NCBI GenBank assembly: GCA_963758495.1
Contig: CAVWVI010000003.1
Location: 320,001-384,000, forward strand
Source: Oligoflexia bacterium
GTDB taxonomy: Bacteria; Bdellovibrionota; UBA1018
Length of the DNA stretch: 64,000 bases
Direction of reading: 5' to 3'
Part shown: positions 27,812 through 37,147 of the stretch, piece by piece
How positions within the stretch are numbered: position 1 is the first letter of the stretch
Layout of the letters: each line of letters starts with the position of its first letter
Program-made: the position numbers and the translations under genes
Notes under the pieces: model-generated
The model's input: only the letters and a program-made list of their open reading frames with translations
What the model was told of the DNA's origin: nothing
Database searches by the model: none

Positions 27812-29200
27812 CATAAGAGCAGAGAGGTCACCCTTTAAATCAAGGTTATTGCGAGCATGAAGGTACTCTAATTCTTTTAGTCCCGCTAATGGAGAAAAAT
27901 CAACAATACCAGTCTCGTCAACGTTCAAGTAATTAAGATGACCCAAGTGAGCAAGAAAAGAGAAATCTCGAACCTTAGCGCCAACAAGATCCAGCGATTT
28001 TAACCCCTTAAGTCCTGATAGGTGTGAAATATCAGTCACTTTACTACCGGAAAGATCCAGCGATTTTAACCCTTTAAGTCCTGACAAGTGTGAAACGTCA
28101 CTTACTTTACTATAGGACAGATCCAAAACTCGCAACGAGGCGAGCTGAGAAAGCGAACTGACATGATCGATCTTGGTACCACTTAAAGCGAGTATTTCCA
28201 AACTCCTCAGCCCGCCAAGAGGAGGAAGCTCAGTAAACTTTCCTCTTGAAAGATTCAGATATCTTAGATTCCCAAGATCCGAGAGAGGTGTAAGATCAGT
28301 CACAGGGGTATCTTCAAGCCTAAGCCGTTTCAGATTTCTAAGGTGAGAAAGCCCAGAGATGTCAGACACCTGGGTGTCAGCCATATCAATCTCTTCCAGA
28401 TGAACCAGCTCAGAAAGCGCAGAGACATCACGAATCTTGGACCCTCTGATATTCAGGGCTTTCAAGTCTTTAAGACTAGATACAAAAGAAAAACCGTCAG
28501 GATTCGTCAATCCCATATAGAGTGTATTTAGATTTTTGAGCTTAGGTAAAAACGAAAGGTCCACCTGTGACAAGAGATAAATACGAAGATCCCTGAGATT
28601 TTCGTGTTCAGATAACACCCACAGATCATTTTCTCCTAGCTCTCTGAGCCGATTCAAATTCAGGCACTTGAGCTGAGTCAGCCTTCCTAAAACATAAATA
28701 TCCGTTACTTGAGTTCCGGAGAGATTCAAATTTTCCAAGCTCTTGATTTCGGCAAGAGGAGTTAAGTCTCTGACTCGGGTGGCTTCCAAATTTAGACTTT
28801 TTAATTCTTTCAACCCAGCAAGGGCAGAGATGTCTGAAATTCGTGCGCCTTCTATATTCAAATAGGTCAATTTCTTTAAACCGGAAAGTGCAGAAATGTC
28901 GTCCAACCCCGTCGAGGGAATATTGAGCACACGGAGATTATTAAATCGACTGAACTCATAAAGAACGTGAGAGTTTTTGATTATGCCCTTGATGGTAATT
29001 GCTTGAATATCACTTGGCAGAGTCCTGATGTATTTTGCATTCAGCTGAGACCCTCGGATCACTACTCCCTCTTGGATCTCTTTCTTCGTCAAGTCATCTA
29101 GAAAGTCATCGGTAAATTCATAGAACCCGAACCCATGCGCTGACCCAATGAATTGGATGACTATCCCCACAACTATTACCATCTGAGTGATCATCTTCAT
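27629..29200 (-). CDS. Secreted internalin-like leucine-rich repeat protein
   Basis: About 19 22-aa LRRs (LxxLxLxxxxVxDISxLxxL); signal peptide; near-exact 66-bp internal duplication around 27987-28110. Confidence 0.9.
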   Translation of the reverse strand: MKMITQMVIVVGIVIQFIGSAHGFGFYEFTDDFLDDLTKKEIQEGVVIRGSQLNAKYIRTLPSDIQAITIKGIIKNSHVLYEFSRFNNLRVLNIPSTGLDDISALSGLKKLTYLNIEGARISDISALAGLKELKSLNLEATRVRDLTPLAEIKSLENLNLSGTQVTDIYVLGRLTQLKCLNLNRLRELGENDLWVLSEHENLRDLRIYLLSQVDLSFLPKLKNLNTLYMGLTNPDGFSFVSSLKDLKALNIRGSKIRDVSALSELVHLEEIDMADTQVSDISGLSHLRNLKRLRLEDTPVTDLTPLSDLGNLRYLNLSRGKFTELPPLGGLRSLEILALSGTKIDHVSSLSQLASLRVLDLSYSKVSDVSHLSGLKGLKSLDLSGSKVTDISHLSGLKGLKSLDLVGAKVRDFSFLAHLGHLNYLNVDETGIVDFSPLAGLKELEYLHARNNLDLKGDLSALMGLENLIYLDVNNSQITDISGLFNLNQLEELRVLKAPVPSDQKKVLKQKLQFLHISDDERW

Positions 29201-29344
29201 ATTGCAGCGCACCAGTAACATGCTGTCCGATCAATGTCCACGACCCAGTTGCAGTAGGAAAGATAAAACATATTTTCTTCGGAATTGTTTTGCATACATC
29301 GTGTGATTGCGATTTTCTGACAAAAAAAGTATCTGAATAAAACT

Positions 29345-30178
29345 ATGAATAAAACTGATGAAAATTTGATCGCTGCGCCCCTCGGAAAAAAGTCTGCCTA
29401 TGAGAACAAGTATAATCCTCGCCTGCTTTTTCCAATTCCAAGGAAAACAAAACGGGATGAAATCAGCATCCCAACCCGATTGCCTTTCACCGGCTTTGAC
29501 ATCTGGACCGCTTTTGAAATGTCCTGGCTAAACCCAAAAGGCAAACCCATGGTTGCCCTAGGCGAGTTTCGAATTCCTTGTGAATCCCCCAATATCATTG
29601 AGTCTAAGTCTCTCAAACTCTATTTGAACTCTTTCAATAATAGCCATTTTGAGTCATTTGAGAAGGTTAAGGCGACGATTCAGAGTGACCTCTCTCATGC
29701 AGCCGGGATGAGCGTGCAAGTGGAAGTTAGACCACTCAATCAGGCCGGTCGAACCATCAGTGATCTTGAAGGAAAGTGTTTGGATCATTTGGATATTGAA
29801 TGCACCGAATATCAACCTAATACCTCCTTCCTCAAAACTGATTCAAGTCTGGTGAATGAAGTTTTGTACTCTGATCTTTTGAAGTCTAATTGCCTAGTTA
29901 CAGGGCAGCCTGACTGGGGCTCGATTGAGATTCGATACAGCGGCAATAGAATCAATCACGAAGGACTTTTAAAATACATCGTCTCCCTCCGAGATCATAA
30001 TGAGTTTCACGAGCAATGCGTGGAAAGGATTTTCAGCGATATCCTAAGGAACTGCTCTCCAATGGAACTGACGGTTTACGCGAGGTATACGCGGAGAGGT
30101 GGATTGGATATTAATCCGTTTAGAACCAATTCAAAATCGGTTTCCAATCTAACCAACCACCGGCTTTTGAGGCAGTAA
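29345..30178 (+). CDS. queF: NADPH-dependent 7-cyano-7-deazaguanine reductase (bimodular type)
   Basis: ESKSLKLYLNS, CLVTGQPDWG, EFHEQCVERIF, YARYTRRGGLDINPFR. Confidence 0.96.
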   Translation: MNKTDENLIAAPLGKKSAYENKYNPRLLFPIPRKTKRDEISIPTRLPFTGFDIWTAFEMSWLNPKGKPMVALGEFRIPCESPNIIESKSLKLYLNSFNNSHFESFEKVKATIQSDLSHAAGMSVQVEVRPLNQAGRTISDLEGKCLDHLDIECTEYQPNTSFLKTDSSLVNEVLYSDLLKSNCLVTGQPDWGSIEIRYSGNRINHEGLLKYIVSLRDHNEFHEQCVERIFSDILRNCSPMELTVYARYTRRGGLDINPFRTNSKSVSNLTNHRLLRQ

Positions 30179-30181
30179 TCA

Positions 30182-31554
30182 GTAATTGTGCGCCGTCCAC
30201 ACAGGATGATTTCCTCCTATTACGTCGATGCTCCAGCTAAGGACCGAGGATAAAATACTTGATCTTCATGAAACAAGGTCCACTCTCGATTCAGGTGGAT
30301 TTGTGCTAAAGTCCTTTTGACGTCAAAAAATTCATAAAACTCCAGGGCCCTCTTGGTTAAGCCCAGTCTCATAGCTGGAGTGTTATGGTTAGACTTTGGA
30401 TCTTTCTTATGAGGCTTTACAAATTGAGGCCGAAAGAAATTTTTCCACACCATGAAGAGGACGTACTTTCCAACCATTCGAGCGTGGTTTTTTGCAAAGC
30501 AGATGGTTTCCCGACTGAACGCTCCCATATGCTGACGAATTAAGAGATCCGCGTGATTTACACTGAATAGACAGTTTTGATAATTCCGCGTCTGCTTAGA
30601 AGATACCGTGACTTGATGGATTTTAAGATCCTTCAAATCGCGTTCAACAGCTCTACGATATTGAAAATGTTCGTCCGAATAAATCACCAAGGGCTGAGCT
30701 AGATCCGCTCTTCTTTCATAGAGGCGAGAGAAGATCTCCACCGTGCTAATTCGAATGGCTTTTGGCGGGTAACGCCCCTCTTTTTCTTCCGTCAACCGTC
30801 GGACTTGCTTTTGCCTTGGAGACATCCTTCCTTTTCGATTAAGTGGCGCGAAGTTAAAGTCATAAATAAACAAAGACTCCTTGCCGATAGCTTGTTGGAT
30901 TTGATTCGGATCATACTGACTTTTAGCAAACGCTTCGAGGCCATCATAAACGAGGGGCTCGCTGATCTTCAACGCCTGGGTGCGCTCTGTTTGTTTTATC
31001 AGCGCCCACTGAACCAATTTTCTCACTCTGAGGCGGATGAGATGTTCGGAAGTCTCCAGCCTTCTTGCGATTTCTCGATTGGACACTCCACACGTCATAT
31101 AACTGAAAATCTTGCAGTTTAAGCCAGGTTTTTTCTCGCGAAAATCGAGCTTAAAATAAGTATACCGAAAATTTCTATTACAGGAACGACATCGAAATTG
31201 GCGAACCCGGTAAGGATAGCAACGAGTTTTAGCCCAACCATTTGACCAAAAAAAAGAATTGAAATCCTTCTCATTGGAGGGAAGATGAAACTTGCACATT
31301 TCATTTGGGCAATAGGGTGGCTGGAAACACTTTTGTCTCAGAATAAAAGGATCTTCTTGCATAGAAAGCACTGAATGCAGATCTTCAGCCTTTGCCCGAC
31401 CCTAAGCAGTCACAAATTCGTATTTAAATTCAATCCCTTCGACCTCACCCTAACAGAAGCAACCGATCCGAATATCTTGCACAGCGCTCGAAATCTGGAC
31501 CGAACCCCCTCAAGGAGGGCTCGATCTTTTCCTTTGTGTGCGGCGCACAATCAC
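30182..31554 (-). mobile_element. IS1-like insertion sequence
   Basis: Imperfect 24-bp terminal IRs gtaattgtgcgccgtccacacagg / cctttgtgtgcggcgcacaatcac (20/24); no clear target duplication. Confidence 0.7.
30220..31371 (-). CDS. Zn-ribbon/HTH/DDE-type transposase (IS1-like)
   Basis: CPNEMC..FRCRSC, HTH GVSNREIARRL, VYDGLE, YSDEH..Y, TPAMRLGL. Confidence 0.75.
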   Translation of the reverse strand: MLSMQEDPFILRQKCFQPPYCPNEMCKFHLPSNEKDFNSFFWSNGWAKTRCYPYRVRQFRCRSCNRNFRYTYFKLDFREKKPGLNCKIFSYMTCGVSNREIARRLETSEHLIRLRVRKLVQWALIKQTERTQALKISEPLVYDGLEAFAKSQYDPNQIQQAIGKESLFIYDFNFAPLNRKGRMSPRQKQVRRLTEEKEGRYPPKAIRISTVEIFSRLYERRADLAQPLVIYSDEHFQYRRAVERDLKDLKIHQVTVSSKQTRNYQNCLFSVNHADLLIRQHMGAFSRETICFAKNHARMVGKYVLFMVWKNFFRPQFVKPHKKDPKSNHNTPAMRLGLTKRALEFYEFFDVKRTLAQIHLNREWTLFHEDQVFYPRSLAGAST

Positions 31555-31639
31555 AAACCACACTGAAAACGCCCTGTCATGGTCGGAAAAATGCAGCATT
31601 TTACTCTAAAAGAATAACCAAAATAACCGAGGCTAAAAA

Positions 31640-32542
31640 ATGAAGGAACGGGCTTTCTCTTTTATTCCTATGAATCATAGACCACCCAAACCAAGAACGA
31701 AAGGTATGACTGAAATTCGGGGTCCCTACTACTCCGTCATGGGAAAACGCTACCTTTCTGATATTCTTGAAACCCTCGGAGACTCAATAGATGGTCTCAA
31801 ATTCGCGGGCGGGTCATTTGCCCTACTTCCTCGAGACCAATTAAGCGCACTGATTGAGATTGCCCATCAAAATAATGTTTACGTATCTACAGGCGGCTGG
31901 ATTGAACGTGTCCTATGCTTTGGTTCAGAAACTACCGATAAATATATCGCAGAGGTTCAAAATCTCGGATTCGATGTCGTTGAACTTTCCACAGGTTTCG
32001 TAACTCTTCCACCAGACGACCTTCTCCGTCTTATCGAAAAAGTACAAAAATCCGGAATGAAAGCTAAACCTGAGCTAGGAATTCAATTTGGAGCGGGCGG
32101 CGCCACACCTACTGAGGAGCTAGCATCAGAAGGAACTCGTGACGTGGCATGGCTGATTCAACTTGCAAAACGATATCTCAATGCAGGTGCCTCTATCATT
32201 ATGATTGAATCTGAAGGAATCACGGAGAATGTAAAAACGTGGAGAACCGATGCAATTTCGCAAATCATCAATGAAGTTGGAATAGAAAAAACAATGTTTG
32301 AAGCTGCAGATCCCAACGTATTTGAATGGTATATTAAAAACTACGGTATAGAAGCTAATCTTTTTATCGATCATAGCCAAATTGTACAACTCGAAGCCCT
32401 ACGTTCCGGTATTTGGGGAACAAAAAGCACCTGGGGTCGAATCTTGAGCTATGGCGAAGAATTGAACGTTGAAAATTTAAAAAAGAGAGTAGGCCCTACC
32501 GAAGAAATCAGCCGTCATAAATCCAAGAAACAAGCGGCATAA
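31640..32542 (+). CDS. Phosphosulfolactate synthase (ComA) family protein
   Basis: KPRTKGMTEIRGPYY, LKFAGGS, VSTGGWIE, IMIESEGITE, FEAADP, LEALRSGIWG. Confidence 0.9.
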   Translation: MKERAFSFIPMNHRPPKPRTKGMTEIRGPYYSVMGKRYLSDILETLGDSIDGLKFAGGSFALLPRDQLSALIEIAHQNNVYVSTGGWIERVLCFGSETTDKYIAEVQNLGFDVVELSTGFVTLPPDDLLRLIEKVQKSGMKAKPELGIQFGAGGATPTEELASEGTRDVAWLIQLAKRYLNAGASIIMIESEGITENVKTWRTDAISQIINEVGIEKTMFEAADPNVFEWYIKNYGIEANLFIDHSQIVQLEALRSGIWGTKSTWGRILSYGEELNVENLKKRVGPTEEISRHKSKKQAA

Positions 32543-32631
32543 CAGAAAAAAGAAAATAAAAGGAGAAAGGCACACCACTCATGCCCTTCTCCCAAATTAC
32601 CATTTTCTGACTCACTCATTAAAAAGACATA

Positions 32632-32983
32632 TCACCACATTTTCTGACTACTTTTTTGCCCGGACTTTTGTCCGGATTTTTGACCAGACTTCTGTCCTGC
32701 TTTTTGGCCAGCTTTCTGTCCAGCCTTTTGTCCAGCTTTCTGTCCTGCCTTTTGCCCAGCTCTGCCCTGCTTTTTGTCCCACAAAGTTAGAACCAAAACT
32801 AGATCCCAAGTCAGTGCCATAACCATAACCATAACCATAATTAGAACCGTAGTCGGAATAATTATTAGGGGCATAATTCGGCAAAGAAGAGGTTACAATA
32901 GGTGCAACACCTGCTATCGCAAATGAAGAAACTAAAGCCAAAATCCCTGTACCCATCACTGATTTCTTAAGCATAATGATCAT
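32632..32983 (-). pseudogene. Small secreted low-complexity protein with (GQKA/GQKS)n tail, frameshifted near 32760
   Basis: SD aaggag, signal peptide, YGYGYG; the GQKA repeat continues in another frame after a 2-bp loss (gggcag-a-gctggg). Confidence 0.65.
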
Positions 32984-33056
32984 TCTCCTTCGACAATTGT
33001 CTTTGTCCTGTAATTACTGCTGTTAATTAATTGAGTTGCTTTCGATAATCCATCTG

Positions 33057-33072
33057 AGCAAGGCTTATGCCG
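33057..33072 (-). promoter_or_regulatory. Sigma54 (-24/-12) promoter candidate
   Basis: CGGCATAAGCCTTGCT (GG-N10-GC), about 75 bp upstream of the GQKA gene. Confidence 0.55.
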
Positions 33073-33400
33073 ACTGAATGAAAGTAAAAATTTGTAGTTA
33101 TTCCAAATATAATAGTATTTTAAATGTAAATTAAAGAGCTCTTAGCTTCCCTTACTTCAGAAAAGCCTTAACAATTTTATTGATATTTAATAAATTTTAA
33201 ATAAATCAAAAGAACACAGAAAATCACGTCGTTTCTTTCCTTCTTACGTCTCATTGTACCTGTTGCATACTGATAGGCTAAATTGCGAATTCGCTCAAGG
33301 TAAGTAGTTCCTTTAGGGCTGTTAACAAGCACTGCTAAGAATGAATGAAAAATATACTTGAAAATACCATTACAAATGCGAAAAACAACACACTGCAATA

Positions 33401-33416
33401 TGGTATTTAATTTGCA
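33401..33416 (+). promoter_or_regulatory. Sigma54 promoter candidate
   Basis: TGGTATTTAATTTGCA directly upstream of the 33431 ORF. Confidence 0.4.
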
Positions 33417-33430
33417 CGAAAGTACTTATT

Positions 33431-33913
33431 ATGAAAACAAAACCACAAATGATTCAAAGAGTATTTTTCTCAATTGCCACTATTCTTATTGCAAGTAATT
33501 GCTCGAGCTTATCGGGTCAAACTGAATCAGGAAAGGAAATCGCATCAACCGGACCTACAATCCTCAATGCTCACTCAGACCCCTCAACAGTTGAACTCAA
33601 TCGAGACCTCCAGCCTAAGAAAACACCTGAAATCCTTGCAGATGTAAAAGACTTCAGATCAAAAGTGACTGATGTGCAGCTTAAATTCACGCACATTCCT
33701 CTTCAAGTACGAATGGAAAATATCGGCGGAACGACCTGGAGAGCAGAACTCACCCCTCAGCAACTCCAAATGCTCGCTGTGAGTGGTAAAACCATCAAGT
33801 ACGATGCAAGCATTGTCGCAAAGAACGCTCGAGGACAGGTATCAGAAAGTCCTTCAACAGTTACTGTTGCAATTAAAGCTCCTGACCTCTCTACAAGTAG
33901 TACCACCGGCTAA
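33431..33913 (+). CDS. Hypothetical lipoprotein
   Basis: Signal peptide ending IASNC, beta-rich body. Confidence 0.6.
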   Translation: MKTKPQMIQRVFFSIATILIASNCSSLSGQTESGKEIASTGPTILNAHSDPSTVELNRDLQPKKTPEILADVKDFRSKVTDVQLKFTHIPLQVRMENIGGTTWRAELTPQQLQMLAVSGKTIKYDASIVAKNARGQVSESPSTVTVAIKAPDLSTSSTTG

Positions 33914-33918
33914 TAAAA

Positions 33919-34383
33919 TCACCATCGGTGATAAGCAGGATGTCCTGACTTGACCGCCACAAAGGTTCCTCGGCAAGTTGCGCAGACTTTGCCATTCGCA
34001 ATCAGCTTTGCCTCCACCACTGCCCGATCTTCCTTAGACTCAACCACATGTGCAACTAAATGAATCGCTTGCTGAGTAGGCGTAGGTCTAAGTAACTGAA
34101 TCGCATATTCCGAGGTAACCGTACAAGGAGGTCGATCCACTCCTGTTTTTTTCATTAAATACCAAGCCGCTGTCCAATTAGAATGACAATCCAAAAGTGA
34201 ACCAATAATTCCGCCATTGAGAATTCCTGGAAAAGCTTCATGATGTGCCGATGGAGTCCAATCTGCAATGACTTCATCCCCACTAACCCTACTTCGAATT
34301 CGTAACCCCTTTTCATTCGCGGGCCCACAACCAAAGCATGCACTGTGGAGAGCATAGATTTCCTGTAAACTTTGTTCACTCAT
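33919..34383 (-). CDS. PaaI-family hotdog thioesterase
   Basis: CFGCGPANEKGL, FPGILNGGIIGSLLDC, LLRPTP. Confidence 0.88.
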   Translation of the reverse strand: MSEQSLQEIYALHSACFGCGPANEKGLRIRSRVSGDEVIADWTPSAHHEAFPGILNGGIIGSLLDCHSNWTAAWYLMKKTGVDRPPCTVTSEYAIQLLRPTPTQQAIHLVAHVVESKEDRAVVEAKLIANGKVCATCRGTFVAVKSGHPAYHRW

Positions 34384-34569
34384 TTAAAATTCCTTCATCC
34401 ACTCGAAAAGTTCATAATGATGATGATTGAAAATCAAGTTTAAGATTTTCGGATTCTAACGCCAAAGCTAGCTGAAAGTCTACAATCCTACTTTGATCAT
34501 CAAAGCACGCTTCTCGACATACAATTTGTAAAGTCATCATAATAATTAAAAAATAATTAAAAATAACCC

Positions 34570-35292
34570 TTAAAAATAGACTCTCGTCCCCACCATTATT
34601 CCCGAGTTATTGAATAAGGTTTCCCAATCTTTAAAATAATCGACATAGACTCGAATTGCACTAAAATCCAAGAACGCCCCTCCTTGATACCAATCTCCGG
34701 AATTAGTAACTCCGGTTGCATTGGGTGTCGAGGGGAAATAATACTGAACTACTCCTTCCAAACCAAAGTACCGGGATACATAAAATGTAAGACTCACTCC
34801 AGCTAAAGCACTATTCAAAGAGTATCCACTTGTGCTAATATTTCGTACTCCAAGCTGAAGAGTAATATTAGTGGATTGACTATGATAACCAAATACTCTT
34901 AAATTAAATAAGCCAGTCCAACGAGTGTCCAATCCCGACTCAAGTCGAGCTTCTAATCCAAAAATAGAAGCATATGCTGCAAGATAGACATTCCAAGCAT
35001 TGTAATTCACGCCGCCATCAGTCTGATTAAACTGGTAACTTCCGCCTAAATAGTACTCATAGGGGGTTGGAGTATGGAGCGCAAACCAGAGATCTTGGAG
35101 CCTCATCGTGTCGCGAGTTTCGAGCCAATCAGACAAGGTCCAATGACTCTTTTGCTTTTGCTCCTGCTTTTGGACTACAAAAGTATAAATATCATCGGCA
35201 CGACTCGTCAATGGAGCAACCCCAAAGACGAAAATGCAAAAAATGATACAAGCCATCGAATAAAGACGCTTTTCTTTTCTGCTGTATATCAT
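34570..35292 (-). CDS. Hypothetical outer-membrane beta-barrel protein
   Basis: Signal peptide, aromatic alternating strands, C-terminal RVYF. Confidence 0.6.
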   Translation of the reverse strand: MIYSRKEKRLYSMACIIFCIFVFGVAPLTSRADDIYTFVVQKQEQKQKSHWTLSDWLETRDTMRLQDLWFALHTPTPYEYYLGGSYQFNQTDGGVNYNAWNVYLAAYASIFGLEARLESGLDTRWTGLFNLRVFGYHSQSTNITLQLGVRNISTSGYSLNSALAGVSLTFYVSRYFGLEGVVQYYFPSTPNATGVTNSGDWYQGGAFLDFSAIRVYVDYFKDWETLFNNSGIMVGTRVYF

Positions 35293-35379
35293 TCTTTTAT
35301 GTTAACTCGTATTTATTAGTTTACACTCAAAATTAATATAACTACTTATCCATAGAACCACTTATCCAGAGGATATTCA

Positions 35380-35898
35380 GTGATGAGTCTAGAAAAAGCT
35401 GTCGTTAGAAAACTAAAAGCATCGCGCCAAATCCTGTGCACGGTTGAGTCATGCACAGGTGGACTCATTTCAAATCTCATTACTGACGTGTCCGGAGCTT
35501 CAGAGGTTTTCTGGGGAAGTTTCATCGTCTACGACAATTCCGCGAAAGAGGCTCTAGGAATTTCCAAACATCTGATCACCACAAAAGGGGCAGTCTCACC
35601 TGAAGTTGCATACGAACTGGCCGAACGAGGCCTAGAAAAAATGCAAAATGCGCCATTCCTTTCCGAGTCTTTTGCCCTACTTAAACCCCATGAGCTCATC
35701 TGTCTTTCGACTACAGGAATTGCAGGGCCCTCAGGAGGAACATCCGAAAAACCCGTAGGCCTTTGTTATATGGGTATAGCGATTTCTGGGAAAAAAACGA
35801 GAGTTGATAAAATCCAAGTTGAATCATCACTAGACCGGATCCAAACTAAATCGCAATTTGCACAGAGAGCTTTGGAAATCTTACGGGAACTTATATAA
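35380..35898 (+). CDS. pncC: CinA C-terminal / nicotinamide mononucleotide deamidase
   Basis: VESCTGGLI, GASEVF, GAVSPEVA, TTGIAGPSGG..KPVG. Confidence 0.88.
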   Translation: MMSLEKAVVRKLKASRQILCTVESCTGGLISNLITDVSGASEVFWGSFIVYDNSAKEALGISKHLITTKGAVSPEVAYELAERGLEKMQNAPFLSESFALLKPHELICLSTTGIAGPSGGTSEKPVGLCYMGIAISGKKTRVDKIQVESSLDRIQTKSQFAQRALEILRELI

Positions 35899-35910
35899 AG
35901 GAATGCGTAT

Positions 35911-37143
35911 ATGAACCTTTATCTATTATTCATTTTAACTTTTCTGATTGGCGTGTTCTTTTTAGACACCCTTGCAGATCTTTTGAACTTAAGTCGCCTC
36001 AATGGCGAGCTTCCTCAGGAATTCCAAGGAATTTATGATTCTGGAAAATATCTTCAATCTCTCAAGTACCAAAGAGAAAACGTCTACTTTGACCTAGTGC
36101 ATAGAACTGTTGATTTATGGGTATCCATTCCATTTATTCTATTGGGTGGATTTAATACTGTAGATACGTTTTCAAGAAGTTTTGGACTTAGCTATATTCC
36201 TACAGGGCTAATTTTTGTAGGAACTCTTTCCTTTCTTAGATTTTTCATCGAATTCCCGTTTTCCATTTATAGTACTTTTGTTTTAGAAGCGAAATTTGGC
36301 TTTAACAAAACGACTCTAAAGACTTTTTTTCAAGACCTTATTAAAGGTACCTTGATAGGTGCCATTCTGGGTGGATTCATTTTTTCGGGCATTGTTTATT
36401 TCTTCGAAAACGCAGGGCCCCATGCATGGTTATTCTGTTGGATTGCCGTCACTCTTTTTCAATTCATACTTCTCTACCTAGCTCCTGTAGTCATTTTACC
36501 TTTATTCAATAAATTTGAGCCCCTCCCTGAAGGACTTCTCAAGCAAGCCATAGAAAATTATGCAAAAACTCAAAAATTCGCACTGAATGGAATCTTTACA
36601 ATGGATAGCTCCAAGCGCTCCACCAAATCAAATGCTTTTTTTACAGGTTTTGGAAGATTTCGGCGGCTCGTTTTGTTCGACACTCTAATTGCAAAACAAA
36701 GCATTGAAGAGCTTGTCGCGGTTCTTGCACATGAAATTGGCCACTTTAAAGAAAAGCACATCATCAAATCATTGATTCTTTCCATCCTCACCATGGGAGT
36801 TATATTTTATACTTTCCACTTATTTATCAATAACACCCAATTATTTGAAGCTTTCCAAATGACTCATACTTCCGTCTATGCCAGTATAGTTTTTGTTGGA
36901 TTTCTCTATTCACCTCTATTCCGTATTTTATCACTATTCACACAAAAACTATCTAGAAAGCATGAATTTGAAGCGGACGCTTATGCTATTCATACTTATG
37001 GAAACCCGGAGATATTAATTTCAGCATTAAAAAAACTGAGCGTGGACAACCTTTCTCACCTCACTCCTCATCCATTAAAAGTTGCATTAGATTACAGTCA
37101 TCCTCCCATTCTAGAAAGAATTTACGCCCTAAGAAAAAAGTAA
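35911..37143 (+). CDS. M48 (Ste24-like) membrane metalloprotease
   Basis: NAFFTGFG, LFDTL, AVLAHEIGH, EFEADAYA, YSHPPILERI. Confidence 0.93.
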   Translation: MNLYLLFILTFLIGVFFLDTLADLLNLSRLNGELPQEFQGIYDSGKYLQSLKYQRENVYFDLVHRTVDLWVSIPFILLGGFNTVDTFSRSFGLSYIPTGLIFVGTLSFLRFFIEFPFSIYSTFVLEAKFGFNKTTLKTFFQDLIKGTLIGAILGGFIFSGIVYFFENAGPHAWLFCWIAVTLFQFILLYLAPVVILPLFNKFEPLPEGLLKQAIENYAKTQKFALNGIFTMDSSKRSTKSNAFFTGFGRFRRLVLFDTLIAKQSIEELVAVLAHEIGHFKEKHIIKSLILSILTMGVIFYTFHLFINNTQLFEAFQMTHTSVYASIVFVGFLYSPLFRILSLFTQKLSRKHEFEADAYAIHTYGNPEILISALKKLSVDNLSHLTPHPLKVALDYSHPPILERIYALRKK

Positions 37144-37147
37144 TACA

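Noticed and set aside
31640..32542. Coenzyme M biosynthesis
   Set aside because: Stand-alone ComA homolog without comB-E; such orphans are widespread
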